Of a stretch of DNA of 64,000 nucleotides, positions 39,301-49,355 are shown piece by piece. Origin of the DNA: Phoronis australis (lineage: Eukaryota > Animalia > Phoronida); NCBI GenBank assembly GCA_002633005.1, contig NMRA01000087.1:186001-250000 (forward strand), read 5' to 3'. The notes beneath the pieces are model-generated. The model was given only the letters and a program-made list of their open reading frames with translations, searched no databases and was not told the origin of the DNA. The translations under genes were made by a program, and so were the position numbers. Every line of letters begins with the position of its first letter. The stretch's first letter is position 1.

Positions 39301-42300
39301 TGAACATGGTCCGAGTTCTTTTAATAAAGTGATCGTACAGGCAGTCCTAAACATTTCAGTGGATTGCTGGGACGGGCCAAATAACGAGCCTATCGTTTAT
39401 CACGGTCATACGTGGACATCGAAGATATTATTCAAGGACGTCATAGAGGGAATCAATAAGCATGCGTTCACAGTTTCATGGTAAGGACGGAGCGTTATGT
39501 GGTATGAAATCTATCTCGAGACAAAATAGTTCTGTCAACATGTTTTTATTATTTCCACGGCAGTCTTCAACCATGCAGGGAAGCGTTTTTCCTAGAGACG
39601 TCGTTCCCTCTACGATTTTACTTTCAACAAACTGCTTTCAAATTGAAAGCCTGAATCGGGCTATATGTAATTAATAGAAAGTGGAAGAAGACAGCGACGT
39701 GCTGTAACACTGAATCGTAGCATACGCGTATCTACGAACCAACCGTTCACGTCAACATTTCAGTATTTAACGCAATGGTTATATTTTGGAAACCGATAAA
39801 CTTTAATGAAGGACGGAAAATGGTGGTTGAAACCTCTTCATAAATGTTACCTCAAAGTTTCGTATTTTTCAGTTATCCTGTCATCCTGTCCTTCGAGAAC
39901 CACTGCTCAGTGGAACAACAAAGAGTTATGGCGTCGCATCTCAGAAACATCTTTGGTGGTATCCTTGTAGTGGTGACTTAAACAGAGACGTCTTTAACAC
40001 GAACTAACAATTCTACTCAAAATGAACAGCAATTGGCTTTATGGATTAACTGCTTATCATTTAATTTGCTAGTCTTGACCACTCACTTCTCAGCAGTCAA
40101 GTCATTTATTTTCTTACTCATCAATTGTATTTAATGTTTACTGTTCAGTTGGTGCCTAACTCCCTTAACTTTCAAAAGACAAGTTACTATCAGGATCTGT
40201 GACCAAAGACGTGACGTCACTACCGTCGCCGGAATCGCTGAAAGGCAAAATTCTTATCAAGGTAATGTTCAACGTTTGGCAAACCTTGGTAGAGTTCAAT
40301 AACGCTAGGACCTACGCGAAGACCTCACTAAATTCTAACCAAAAACCACGTGTTCTCATTTAAAATACACGGCAGTATCTCGTGTAATCTTGCTTTTTAA
40401 GTCCTAACGTTACTGACATCTACACTTATTTTCGTCTCTTTTGTCATACCTCTTGTCTTAGATTGACTTTAGGCCTCTGGTAAATTTTAGTCATTTTGTA
40501 CAGGGCAAGAAATTGAGTAGCTCAGCTAACGAAGACGAACTGAGTGAAGACGAAGAAGATGATTACGGTGTACTGAAAGCCGCCATGGGTGAAATAAGTC
40601 CAGGAAATCCAACTGACGTGAATGGTTTGAAGAACGGCGATGAAAAACTGCAGAACAACCTGAATTCATTAAATAAAGCCGAGTCGGAAGACGCAATAGA
40701 TGACGAGGTGGGAGCAGACGACAATTCAGGCGGAGACGAAAACGAAAACACAATAACTTCCACGTCACAGATGAAGAAGTCGCCGTCTGCTCTCAAAATG
40801 GTGAAGCAAGCGCTCACAACTAATCGTTCGAATTCCAAAGAGGCTCGTGAAAGTGGCGGCGGTGATACTGCGAAGAACAAGAAGAAGAAAATTAAAGTTG
40901 ACAAAGAGTGGTCTGATCTCATTACTTGGTGTCAATCAGTCAGTTTTGAGAACTTCAAGCACAGCAAAGAAAAGCGTGAGTTATTGATATTACTACGTCA
41001 CAAAAGTGTTGTTGCAACCTGTATATATTGCTCAGCTTGCAATGAATATACACGGTGCCCAAAAAGCTTCCGTTATACACAGACCTGAAGAACCAGTCAA
41101 AATTAAATAATTCTGTGTTAGCTTTTGCTACTAAACATGTTAACACAGCTCGAATTGTAATTCACTTTCTTGTTTTCAAATACATCCAGTCTGTTTTTGA
41201 ACTTAGAAACCCTCGCATTTATGGTAAATCTGAGTTGTGTGGATAAAGTAACTAATAAGCCCAATTGGGCTGCCTGGGTACTTATCTTTCTTACGAATGT
41301 TATATTTATTACTGTTTGAATTAATTGTAATTGTCACTATAATAAATAAATACAATACAATACAATACAATACAATACAATACAATACAATACAATACAA
41401 TACAATACAATACAATACAGACATGCACGAATCTAAATTAGAAGGATTAAAATCATTTGTTATTTACTACTGTATTTGTAGAAAAATGCTATGAGATGTG
41501 CTCGTTTGAGGAAAAGAAGTCACTCAAGTTGGTGAAGAATGAAGGCTTGTCCTTTGTTCAGTACAACCAGCGTCACTTGAGTAGGATCTACCCAGCTGGT
41601 ACCAGGGTAGACTCAAGTAACTACAAACCGGAAGCACTGTGGAATGTTGGGTGCCAGTTGGGTAAGCGAGGAACATTTTCTCATAAATAGAGACAAATTG
41701 TTGCTTTATTTCGATTTCTGCTTACCCGAATGTCCACATTATCACAACGCATTGTTAGCAATTAAGACGAAATATTGGACCTAAGAGAATTATTTGTTTA
41801 ATTCTTCCATTACCTTCCTCATCTTGTACATTTGTGTTCTGACCATCATCTCATCCAGTCATGAGATGTCTCAAGACGTCTGTGCCTCTGTGAGACTTAC
41901 ACGTGACTATGTTAGTAAGTACTGCTCGCTTGGATTAGGGTTGTCATATTGACGACCACGTAGCCTTTCACTATGACAGCTGTAAATATTTTCAGTGGCC
42001 CTCAACTATCAGACATCGGGAGTTGCCATGGAACTTAACCAAGGAAAGTTTTTGGACAATGGTCGCTGTGGATACTTGCTTAAACCAGAATACATGAGGA
42101 GAGGTTTGTATTAAACGCTTTTGCAAAAATAAAGTTATCAGGAGCATTGGCCTAGCTAGGAATTTTATTTAGTCCTTATCCACAACGTCATTAGCTTTTC
42201 CATTACTTTTGATTTGTTTCATAAAAACGCCATCAGTGTGTGGAGGCGTGGTCGCACTCTCGGTCCCGTGACCAGTACATAGGTACACGGCATTTATAAA

Positions 42301-43494
42301 ACGAAACGCTCCTGTTAATGAATTTCTCCGTCACAGAATAAATTTTGGAAAGTCTTGTACCGTCATTACGTTGTTTGATCATGTCCTTTTATAATAAATC
42401 TCCCTTAACAATTAGCAGAATGGGTGACGTTACTGTGTTCTGTTTTTGTTCGACACCTCTGCATTACTCTTACAGAACCAATGATATAGGTTTGCAAACA
42501 CTGGCCTTTCTTATAAAGAACCCACCAGTTCGCATTCGCGTCTGGCCCCCCTGGTGAATACTGGCTACGCCAGTGACCATAGACATCAAAGAGAGCAATG
42601 TGCCCCTGATTTTTGAAGGGATACAACTACTACTATGCCTCTTGGTGGTAGTTTCAGTTTTCTGGGTCTGCCTCAATATCAGGCTCGTCATAGCAAATGA
42701 GCTCACTTCGAGGATTTCATGGGGAGTGATTTATCTTCTTCAGCGCCCCATAGCTGGCACTTTAATATAAGGACAATCTCTTGTACTTTGCTGTAAGTGT
42801 TGCATAATCGCATATCAGCGCTGTGCGTTGATCTTATTAATTAAGTAATAAAAGATTGTCTATCCCCCAATTTGTTCACAGACAACTGCTCGTTCGAACC
42901 ACGACTTTCCGGAGAAGAACACCAATCTCTTGACGAATGCATTACTCTCAAAGTGAAGGTCAGTTTTCTAGTCATTCATTGTAGAAACACTGCATCTTGG
43001 TGTATCGAAAGCAAAAGATAAATGGTGGCAGAACTGCTGAAATGCCAAATGGTGCCTATGCAGCTCTTAGTAGATGGGAGCGACGGCGCTATTCAATCCA
43101 ATAATTTCTTTCAGCCAAACTGTCTGTTTGTTTCAACAGTGCGTCTGAAAAGCAATAACAAAAATTTGTGGAGAAATCTGTTCTTATGTGTAGACCTTTA
43201 AAGAGATCAAATGAATGGACAGGATGACAAATTTATGCTGGTGTATTCCTAGTTTAAATTAAAAAAACGAATTTGATTTTGTTTGTAGATAATCAGTGGC
43301 CATCAAATACCAAAGTTGGAAAACACCAAACCAGAAAGAGATCTCTTTGTTGCCATGAAAATTTACGGCGTGGACGCGGATGGTTTGAAAACGAGAACAA
43401 AAACAGTTCGAAACAGCGGTGAGTTTTTGTTCTATAAAGTCTAATGATGATGACAACTGTAAAATAAATTTAAATATTAATTTCAGCAGCAGCC

Positions 43495-43569
<75 letters not shown>

Positions 43570-44411
43570 ACAGCAGCAGCAAAAATTGGCTCAATTGTCA
43601 ACTGTTTGATGGTATTCAATTTCTCGTGAACTTCAATTCTGACAGGTTACAACCCAATGTGGAACGACACAGTGGAAGCAAAAATATGGCGACCGGACCT
43701 GGCTCTTGTGAAGTTCAGCGTCAAAGAAGGGGATAGTTCACGCAGTTCCTCCAAACATTCAGGCACCCAGATTGGTCAGTTTGTTCTATCATTCCAGAGT
43801 ATCATGAAAGGTACGGTTTTCAACATTTTTAAGCACATAGCCTGTATACATTTTCACGCTAAGTTTCACCGCAATGCCCAAACCGCTGTAAGTCTATGCT
43901 TTTTACTCTGTATTGTGTTCGGAATGTGGGGGGCTTGGTGCAGTGGTGGCACACTTGCATCTCAAAGTCGGCACATATGTTTGATATGTTACACTGTTAC
44001 AAGGAAATCTGCTGTCAAGTTACCCTCGTCTGAGCTTAAGGAGAAATTTTGGGTCCCGCCTTGAACAGTTGTAATTTCTTGCGTGAGTCTCTGCCGTTGG
44101 TGTAATGTAACTTTCGTGACCGAATTACTGAAGAAAACAAACTCGGGCAACCACGGCATGCTGCAATTTCCATCACTGCACCTTGTGAGATATTTGCCTG
44201 GAGCCATCGTATCAACTATACTGGCATGACGGTCGCCGATTCGTTAGTCATTAGCAACTTGGTGTTTTGTACCTAATCCGCCCAGCTAAAAATTTCCCTA
44301 TTATTTTCAGGTTACCGACAGATCCCACTTTTCTACAAGTCCGGCGACAAAATTGAGAATTCCAGTATATTTGTACACGTTGAAATTTTGAGTGCTCCCA
44401 GCGAGGCTTAG
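27192..44411 (+). CDS. PLCD: 1-phosphatidylinositol 4,5-bisphosphate phosphodiesterase (phospholipase C, delta-like), multi-exon gene span
   Basis: 17 exons with continuous phase. PH, EF-hand ([12 protein letters not shown]), X box ([45 protein letters not shown]), Y box ([37 protein letters not shown]) and C2, ending just after C2 as in the delta class. Confidence 0.93.
29489..29571 (+). CDS. PLCD: PLC exon, PH domain
   Basis: ttccag acceptor; [28 protein letters not shown]; gtaagt donor. Confidence 0.85.
30297..30560. repeat. Dispersed short repeat family, here as two inverted copies (other copies about 40288-40415 and 55825-55948)
   Basis: Shared core ctagaaaaatctagccaaa...aaaatacacggcaatatctcgcg...ctagcg.ta.tgagctcta. 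Confidence 0.65.
30918..31060 (+). CDS. PLCD: PLC exon, PH domain C-half
   Basis: [37 protein letters not shown]; followed by U12-type donor GTATCCTTT. Confidence 0.9.
31061..32063 (+). other. U12-type (minor spliceosome) GT-AG intron
   Basis: 5'SS GTATCCTTTT; branch-site-like TTCCTTTAC at about 32045-32053, 10 nt before the AG end at 32063; no polypyrimidine tract; reading frame is preserved. Confidence 0.85.
32064..32193 (+). CDS. PLCD: PLC exon, EF-hand
   Basis: [31 protein letters not shown]; gtaaga donor. Confidence 0.9.
32575..34318. repeat. ~870-bp direct duplication joined by a single N (probable unmerged haplotype overlap, assembly artefact)
   Basis: 32575-33446 is nearly identical to 33448-34318; N at 33447. 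Confidence 0.85.
34939..35178. mobile_element. MITE-like element
   Basis: gtttcatgaaaagtcagact is inverted against agtcactttcatgaaac. Confidence 0.5.
36337..36522 (+). CDS. PLCD: PLC exon, EF-hand region
   Basis: ...[27 protein letters not shown]...[10 protein letters not shown]; ttgcag acceptor, gtgagt donor. Confidence 0.88.
36921..37117 (+). CDS. PLCD: PLC exon, EF4 / start of X box
   Basis: GFNSYLLS...[20 protein letters not shown]; gtaagt donor. Confidence 0.95.
37344..37529. mobile_element. MITE-like foldback
   Basis: ttagtcttcttaca...ggtcacatcacgtg is inverted against cacgtgatgtgacc...tgtaagaagactaa. Confidence 0.6.
38848..38933 (+). CDS. PLCD: PLC exon, X box
   Basis: [28 protein letters not shown]; not in the ORF track. 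Confidence 0.95.
39360..39480 (+). CDS. PLCD: PLC exon, X box
   Basis: [28 protein letters not shown]. Confidence 0.95.
39873..39958 (+). CDS. PLCD: PLC exon, X box
   Basis: [28 protein letters not shown]; followed by U12-type donor GTATCCTT. Confidence 0.95.
39959..40178 (+). other. U12-type (minor spliceosome) GT-AG intron
   Basis: 5'SS GTATCCTTG; branch site TCCCTTAAC at 40161-40169, 9 nt before the AG end at 40178. Confidence 0.88.
40179..40261 (+). CDS. PLCD: PLC exon, end of X box
   Basis: [28 protein letters not shown]. Confidence 0.95.
40504..40975 (+). CDS. PLCD: PLC exon, X-Y linker and start of Y box
   Basis: GKKL, acidic linker, [25 protein letters not shown]. Confidence 0.92.
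41350..41419. repeat. (TACAA)n pentanucleotide microsatellite
   Basis: Perfect tacaa tandem array. Confidence 0.97.
41482..41661 (+). CDS. PLCD: PLC exon, Y box
   Basis: EMCSFEE...[33 protein letters not shown]. Confidence 0.96.
41996..42103 (+). CDS. PLCD: PLC exon, Y box
   Basis: [35 protein letters not shown]. Confidence 0.96.
42882..42958 (+). CDS. PLCD: PLC exon, Y-C2 linker
   Basis: [26 protein letters not shown]; phases fit both neighbours. Confidence 0.85.
43289..43418 (+). CDS. PLCD: PLC exon, C2 domain
   Basis: IISGHQIPK...[23 protein letters not shown]. Confidence 0.92.
43484..43581. repeat. Intronic (CAG)n trinucleotide repeat
   Basis: cagcagcag... with a few CAA/CCG interruptions, lying between two C2 exons. 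Confidence 0.95.
43646..43810 (+). CDS. PLCD: PLC exon, C2 domain
   Basis: GYNPMWND...[12 protein letters not shown]...[13 protein letters not shown]. Confidence 0.93.
44311..44411 (+). CDS. PLCD: PLC terminal coding exon
   Basis: [33 protein letters not shown]. Confidence 0.93.
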
Positions 44412-44463
44412 TGGTTAAAATATCTTTATGCTAGAATGACGTGACACATGATAGCTTGCAATT

Positions 44464-45112
44464 CAGTGCTCGATTTGGCGACCTGCAGCTCGGCAATGCG
44501 ACTTCAGATCGTGTTAGGATTCGGAGTCGCCACAGCAAGGCAGTGGAGTCGGACAAAAAATCACCCGAAATTCCCTTCAAAATTCGAAGCGACTTCCAAA
44601 GAGATTAAATTAATAACATTTTCCTAGATTCGATACCTTTGGTTCACAATTATTCGTGAAATCAGTGCCTGCCTGAGCAAATAGCGCTTAAATTACAACA
44701 GGAAGTAAGTAGACGGAAATCGGCATTGTTCGGCAAAAATCGGGCAAGGTATAACCATGTGAGCCACAATACAACTCGGAAATGTATGTGACGAAATTAT
44801 TGTTTAGTGACGGACAGTTAACATGGGTACCCTATTGGATGACGGAAAAAAACAGCCTTGGGTGATTTGACGCGGCAATGTCGCGCATGAGGGTAATGTC
44901 TGCATACCGCAATACCCAGCGAATGTTTGTATATTTACGGGAGAAATGGAAATGGTACGCGTAATTTCAAATCATGGTGAAAGCGGCACGGCCTTTTTTG
45001 ATTGGCGACTTACTACCTCAGTTTTGACAACCTCAGATTTCGTTTGGCGACCTGCGGTATTTTCGCTAAGTCCCATTTGGCGAGTTGGCGTTAAGCTAAG
45101 CGTCGAGCACTG
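44464..45112. mobile_element. Non-autonomous DNA transposon (CAG termini, hAT-like) just after the PLC stop codon
   Basis: TIR cagtgctcga / tcgagcactg; repeated subterminal ttggcgac motifs; no clear TSD. Confidence 0.55.
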
Positions 45113-46480
45113 TAATTTATAGTCCAGTCTTCACGAAACCTGATTATTTCGCACTGAGTTTTTATTAGAATTAGTTTTGCCAATCGGAACTGTCCAGAAA
45201 AAGTATGAGACAGAAATGAATGAGACGAATGAAATTCCATACGTACATAATTGTAGGCTATTCGACCTTAGTATTCCGCCGGTATTCTGAATTGTTTGTA
45301 ACGGGTTTAACTTGAGTACACTGAGCACTGGTAGCAAAATCACACTTTTGGCATTTAAAGTTTAACCAGTCAACAGTTTAAGCTGAAAACAGTAGAGATG
45401 TTTTAAGTTAAAGTCACGTGATAAATTTTCCAGCCGGGGATGAATCGAGTTTGCGGCGGCCAGTAAGTATCTCTTGGTTCCTCATACTGTAGTCGTATAA
45501 ATATAAAAATCCAGTCTTTTCCATCTATATTTTTGAAGATGGCGCTGCCTGTTGTTTTAACTAAGATAGATGGCCACATTACCTATCTGCAGCTCGTCAT
45601 ACTGGTTCACAATCTAGGTGTTGGAAAGAGAAATCATAATGCAAGATAATAGATGGTGTTTTGCACACTGCTGAATACTGGAGGACTTTTATGTTGCTTT
45701 ACGAAACACGTCTACGAGAAATAGACAATCATTTACACTTAGCTCTCGCTAGATTGAGATTTATTGTAGATTAATAATAAACTATCTCAACTAAGTCTTT
45801 CGAAACTATCAGCATTTGCGCGTGAACCAGAGATGGCCACGAGCTCAACTGTCTGCCTCAAATTAGCTCGTAGTTCCCCGTCTGCGGTAGCCTTATCTGT
45901 ATGACAATGTTTTTGATTTGTGTCGCGGTCAACAAGTTATGTCTATGTTGTGTTTTATTTACTCATTATATAATTGTTTACTCGTCTTAGTCAATAGTCA
46001 ATTTTGCGGCATCTTAACTTTATGAACCTTATCACTTGCATCGTGTGTTCCTCTATAAATTAAACCTATATTAAGTTTCAATAATAAGTCATACCGGCAA
46101 CTGCTAAGTTGCCAAATGAAAATCGGCATTAGACCAAAAGTTCGCACGTGAGAAAGTCCCTTGCACTTCCGTAAATAAGCTCACTAACTTACAGTTGTGA
46201 ATTTGGGAGAAAATGAGATGCAGTCGAAAATAATTTAGAGAGGTTTTAGCGATTTGCCATAATTTCTCTCAATAGACCTTCGACTTTCGAAGTCTTGAGA
46301 AACATCACACGTGTATAGGCAGTCACACAGAATGTTCCAATCGACGTAATGACATTCCTGTTAGTATTCAAATTCAATTTGAATTAAAGATATCATGCAT
46401 GTATATGAACCCGTTTGCTCATGGATGTTATATTTAGAGGTGGGTTACGTAATTGTAGTCTATGTTGATTATTTTGAATC

Positions 46481-46486
46481 AATAAA
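46481..46486 (+). terminator. Candidate polyadenylation signal of PLC
   Basis: AATAAA followed by a T-rich stretch; another AATAAA at about 45776. Confidence 0.4.
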
Positions 46487-46777
46487 TGTATTTTAATTTT
46501 GAAATTCATTTGTTTTGAACACTAAGTTTTTCGTAGTTGCTCTGGAGCATAGTTGTGTAGAAATTAAAAAGTTGTTGCCATGAAAAGTGACTTGCACTAT
46601 TTTTGAGGCACAGCTTATCGACTCTGGTCAGATAAGTGAGATTCGATTATTCAGTTCATAGATTCTCAAGTTCCAGTAGCTCGTGCTTGGTTCAAAAAGC
46701 CGATGGTTTGGTACCTGTGTTCTAAGTCCTTGTACTTGAATATTGTCATTAACAAGGAAAACGTTATAAACAAACAA

Positions 46778-46783
46778 TTTATT
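46778..46783 (-). terminator. Candidate polyadenylation signal of the minus-strand gene
   Basis: TTTATT on the plus strand; one of several candidates in a long AT-rich putative 3' UTR. Confidence 0.35.
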
Positions 46784-49263
46784 GGCAGTTTACTTAATCA
46801 AGCGGCAAGTGTGCTAAGGAACTAGCCTACCAACAGTGAATTAGTCTTGCTGTGGCAATTGTATACAGTTTGCGTATCAACATAAATACAAAAGGCAAGT
46901 CGAGTTGTATTGCTTCGTATTCTGTTCTGAGCAAAACGTAAGGAGAACAAGTAAGTCTTACCTCACTTTGCAGCACGGACCGTTACAAATCCTACCTCAT
47001 ACATTTCTTACGTATATATTGCACTGTAAATGGCGTCAGCTGTTTATGACGTATTTTTGAGGTAAACTGACGTTTTGCATGAAATGTTTATACGTTCGAT
47101 TCAGCACTGAATATAGCAAATGCTTGAAGATGAAGAAATAATTTGCAAAATACCAAATTTCAACGCGAGTTTTCACCGATTATTTTTATTCCTGATGGAA
47201 ATATAAGTTGTTCGAATGAAAGTTTGAGTGAGTATACGTTTAAGTGTTGGACTATATATATACACATAAATACGGTACAAAGCAAAAACACCAAGAGCTT
47301 TGTCGCAACTAATCGTAAAATCACAAGCAGTAGACCTACTTGGTGGGGTCAAGTTCACAAATAATTTTCACAAAGTAGGCCCGGGTACACACAAGTTTCC
47401 AACACGGTAAATTTACAAGAGGACAACATGCTCATCACAAGTAGTGCAAGAAAAACGAACTTGACAAATTTAAAAATTGGGATCATCATACAGGACTTAT
47501 TGTTACTCTCCATAAAGTAGTCAACCTTTTTAGCAATAGCTCGTGAAGTAGTCTACGCAAGGAACTGTGGGAATGGAAAAAGCATGGGAAGTGCCTATAT
47601 GCGTGTAGATAATCAAAAGTTATGTCGCTTGCGTTGTTGAATTATATTCTAGTCTATGATCTATGGTAGGAGTGTTCAGATGTTTATTAAGCTCTGCGGT
47701 GAGCTGAAGCGCGTTCCACAGACGCAAGACGTTGGCGAGTAAAGCCAGTGTGATCACGTGTCTCGTTGTAGCTCAAACAAACATGTTCCGATAAATTCTT
47801 AATTTGTGATGCGCACGTGATCGGAGCTTTCATACGATCTCCTGTTTATCACAGTGAGATTTGATTTTTTAGCTAATTAGCGGAACTGGAAGCTGCTCAC
47901 CTATAGCATAACAACATGCTAATTTACATTTGTTAATTCAGCTCACAAATATAACATAATAATAAATATAAACTGCACATTTCAAATAAATTATAACCAG
48001 TTAATACGACAAGGAACAGAGCAAAATTGTTACACTGCGTATGGCAGCTCCCAAATGCAATTGTGTTCTTCTATCAAACAAGATACCCTAGGTGTAGCTT
48101 CACGGAAGAGAAAACCTGGTAAAGACATCTGTAACTGCATCTAACCAAACTCAATAAGCCTGTCCTATCTAAACTTTGTTTCTATGTGTAAAGGTCAAGG
48201 TTTTCAACTTAAAAGTTGAAGCAGTAGTTTAGAAACCAACGCTTGGGGCCCCGTTTAATCAACGACCGTTACATCCGATTGTAAATAACACGGTCGTAAG
48301 CACGTTAATGTAAAATGAACGCCACACTACGTTTTTTTAGAAGAAATGTTCCAACTGACCTGAAGTAGATAATTTTTCATATTCAGACACAGCGACCGCC
48401 TTAACGCGCTACGTTGATAAACTGTGTGCAAATCAAAATGGAAGTCACATTTGGACGTCCAATATACCTAACGAAGACATGAAAAGAAACAGAATGCCGC
48501 TTTGTAAGATAGTCTTTGCCTTTTCCTCAAGTGCATGCAATCCAAATTCTATATCTCGATGTGAAGTTTAGATTTCAATAACCATAAAATGCGCTAAAGT
48601 TGTACATGAAAACAACCAATCGCACATCTTCGCAGAGATTATTAAATCATTCTTCGTGTGTCATGTTAACATTTTTCTCAATAGAAAAATACTAAAATTA
48701 ATGAGGTTTTTAAAGCTATACCAGACAACGTAAAGGATATTAAGCCCTGTTTCAGCCTATCAATAAATATTTAACACGACTAGGCTACTTAAATCTTTGA
48801 AACAAAATAATGCCCTGTAACTCTCGTCAACCCTTAAAAATTTGAATCACGTTTGAAAACTAATTAAACAGTCCGCTGTGCTTAATGAACAAGCGTGACT
48901 AACCATTTGGGCGAGTGATTCGACTTCCATAGGGAAAAACATCGCCCATCCACGAACCGCAGGATTCCACTTTCTAGCACACTGAGGACGTGCTTGAACT
49001 TAATAATGCTTTCCTCTCTCAGGGAGGCTTTATTCATGCATGAACAGAATCAGTATCGGATGAAATCACCAAAACAGGGTTTAGTTTCCTAACAACACTG
49101 AGGCATACTGTGCAGTTTACGGTTGCCAATCATCGCCTTCTGTTGTCGACCTTAATGCTTTTTGCATTCCAAACTCCGTTCATATTCACCACTGATTGGA
49201 CTTCTACATAGAGGTTGCATTCAAAAAGTGTCTCAGCCCGGAATACCATCATAAGCAATTCGT

Positions 49264-49355
49264 TCAAAAATCTGTGGTTCCAAACACTACTTCCGGTTGT
49301 TGCTGTCTTATTGTCGACGTTTTCACGACTTTAATCCCATGGTGGTGTGGGGCAG
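49264..49355 (-). CDS. Terminal coding exon of minus-strand gene
   Basis: tttcag acceptor; APHHHGIKVVKTSTIRQQQPEVVFGTTDF*. Confidence 0.78.

Noticed and set aside
41203-41494. IQYNT / YCIVL repeat ORFs
   Set aside because: Translation of the (TACAA)n microsatellite.
43259-43736. PolyL / polyS ORFs
   Set aside because: Intronic CAG repeat between two well-supported C2 exons.
43929-43972. tRNA-like start ggggcttggtgcagtggtggcacacttg
   Set aside because: A-box-like only, with no T-arm/B-box or cloverleaf; at most a truncated SINE head.
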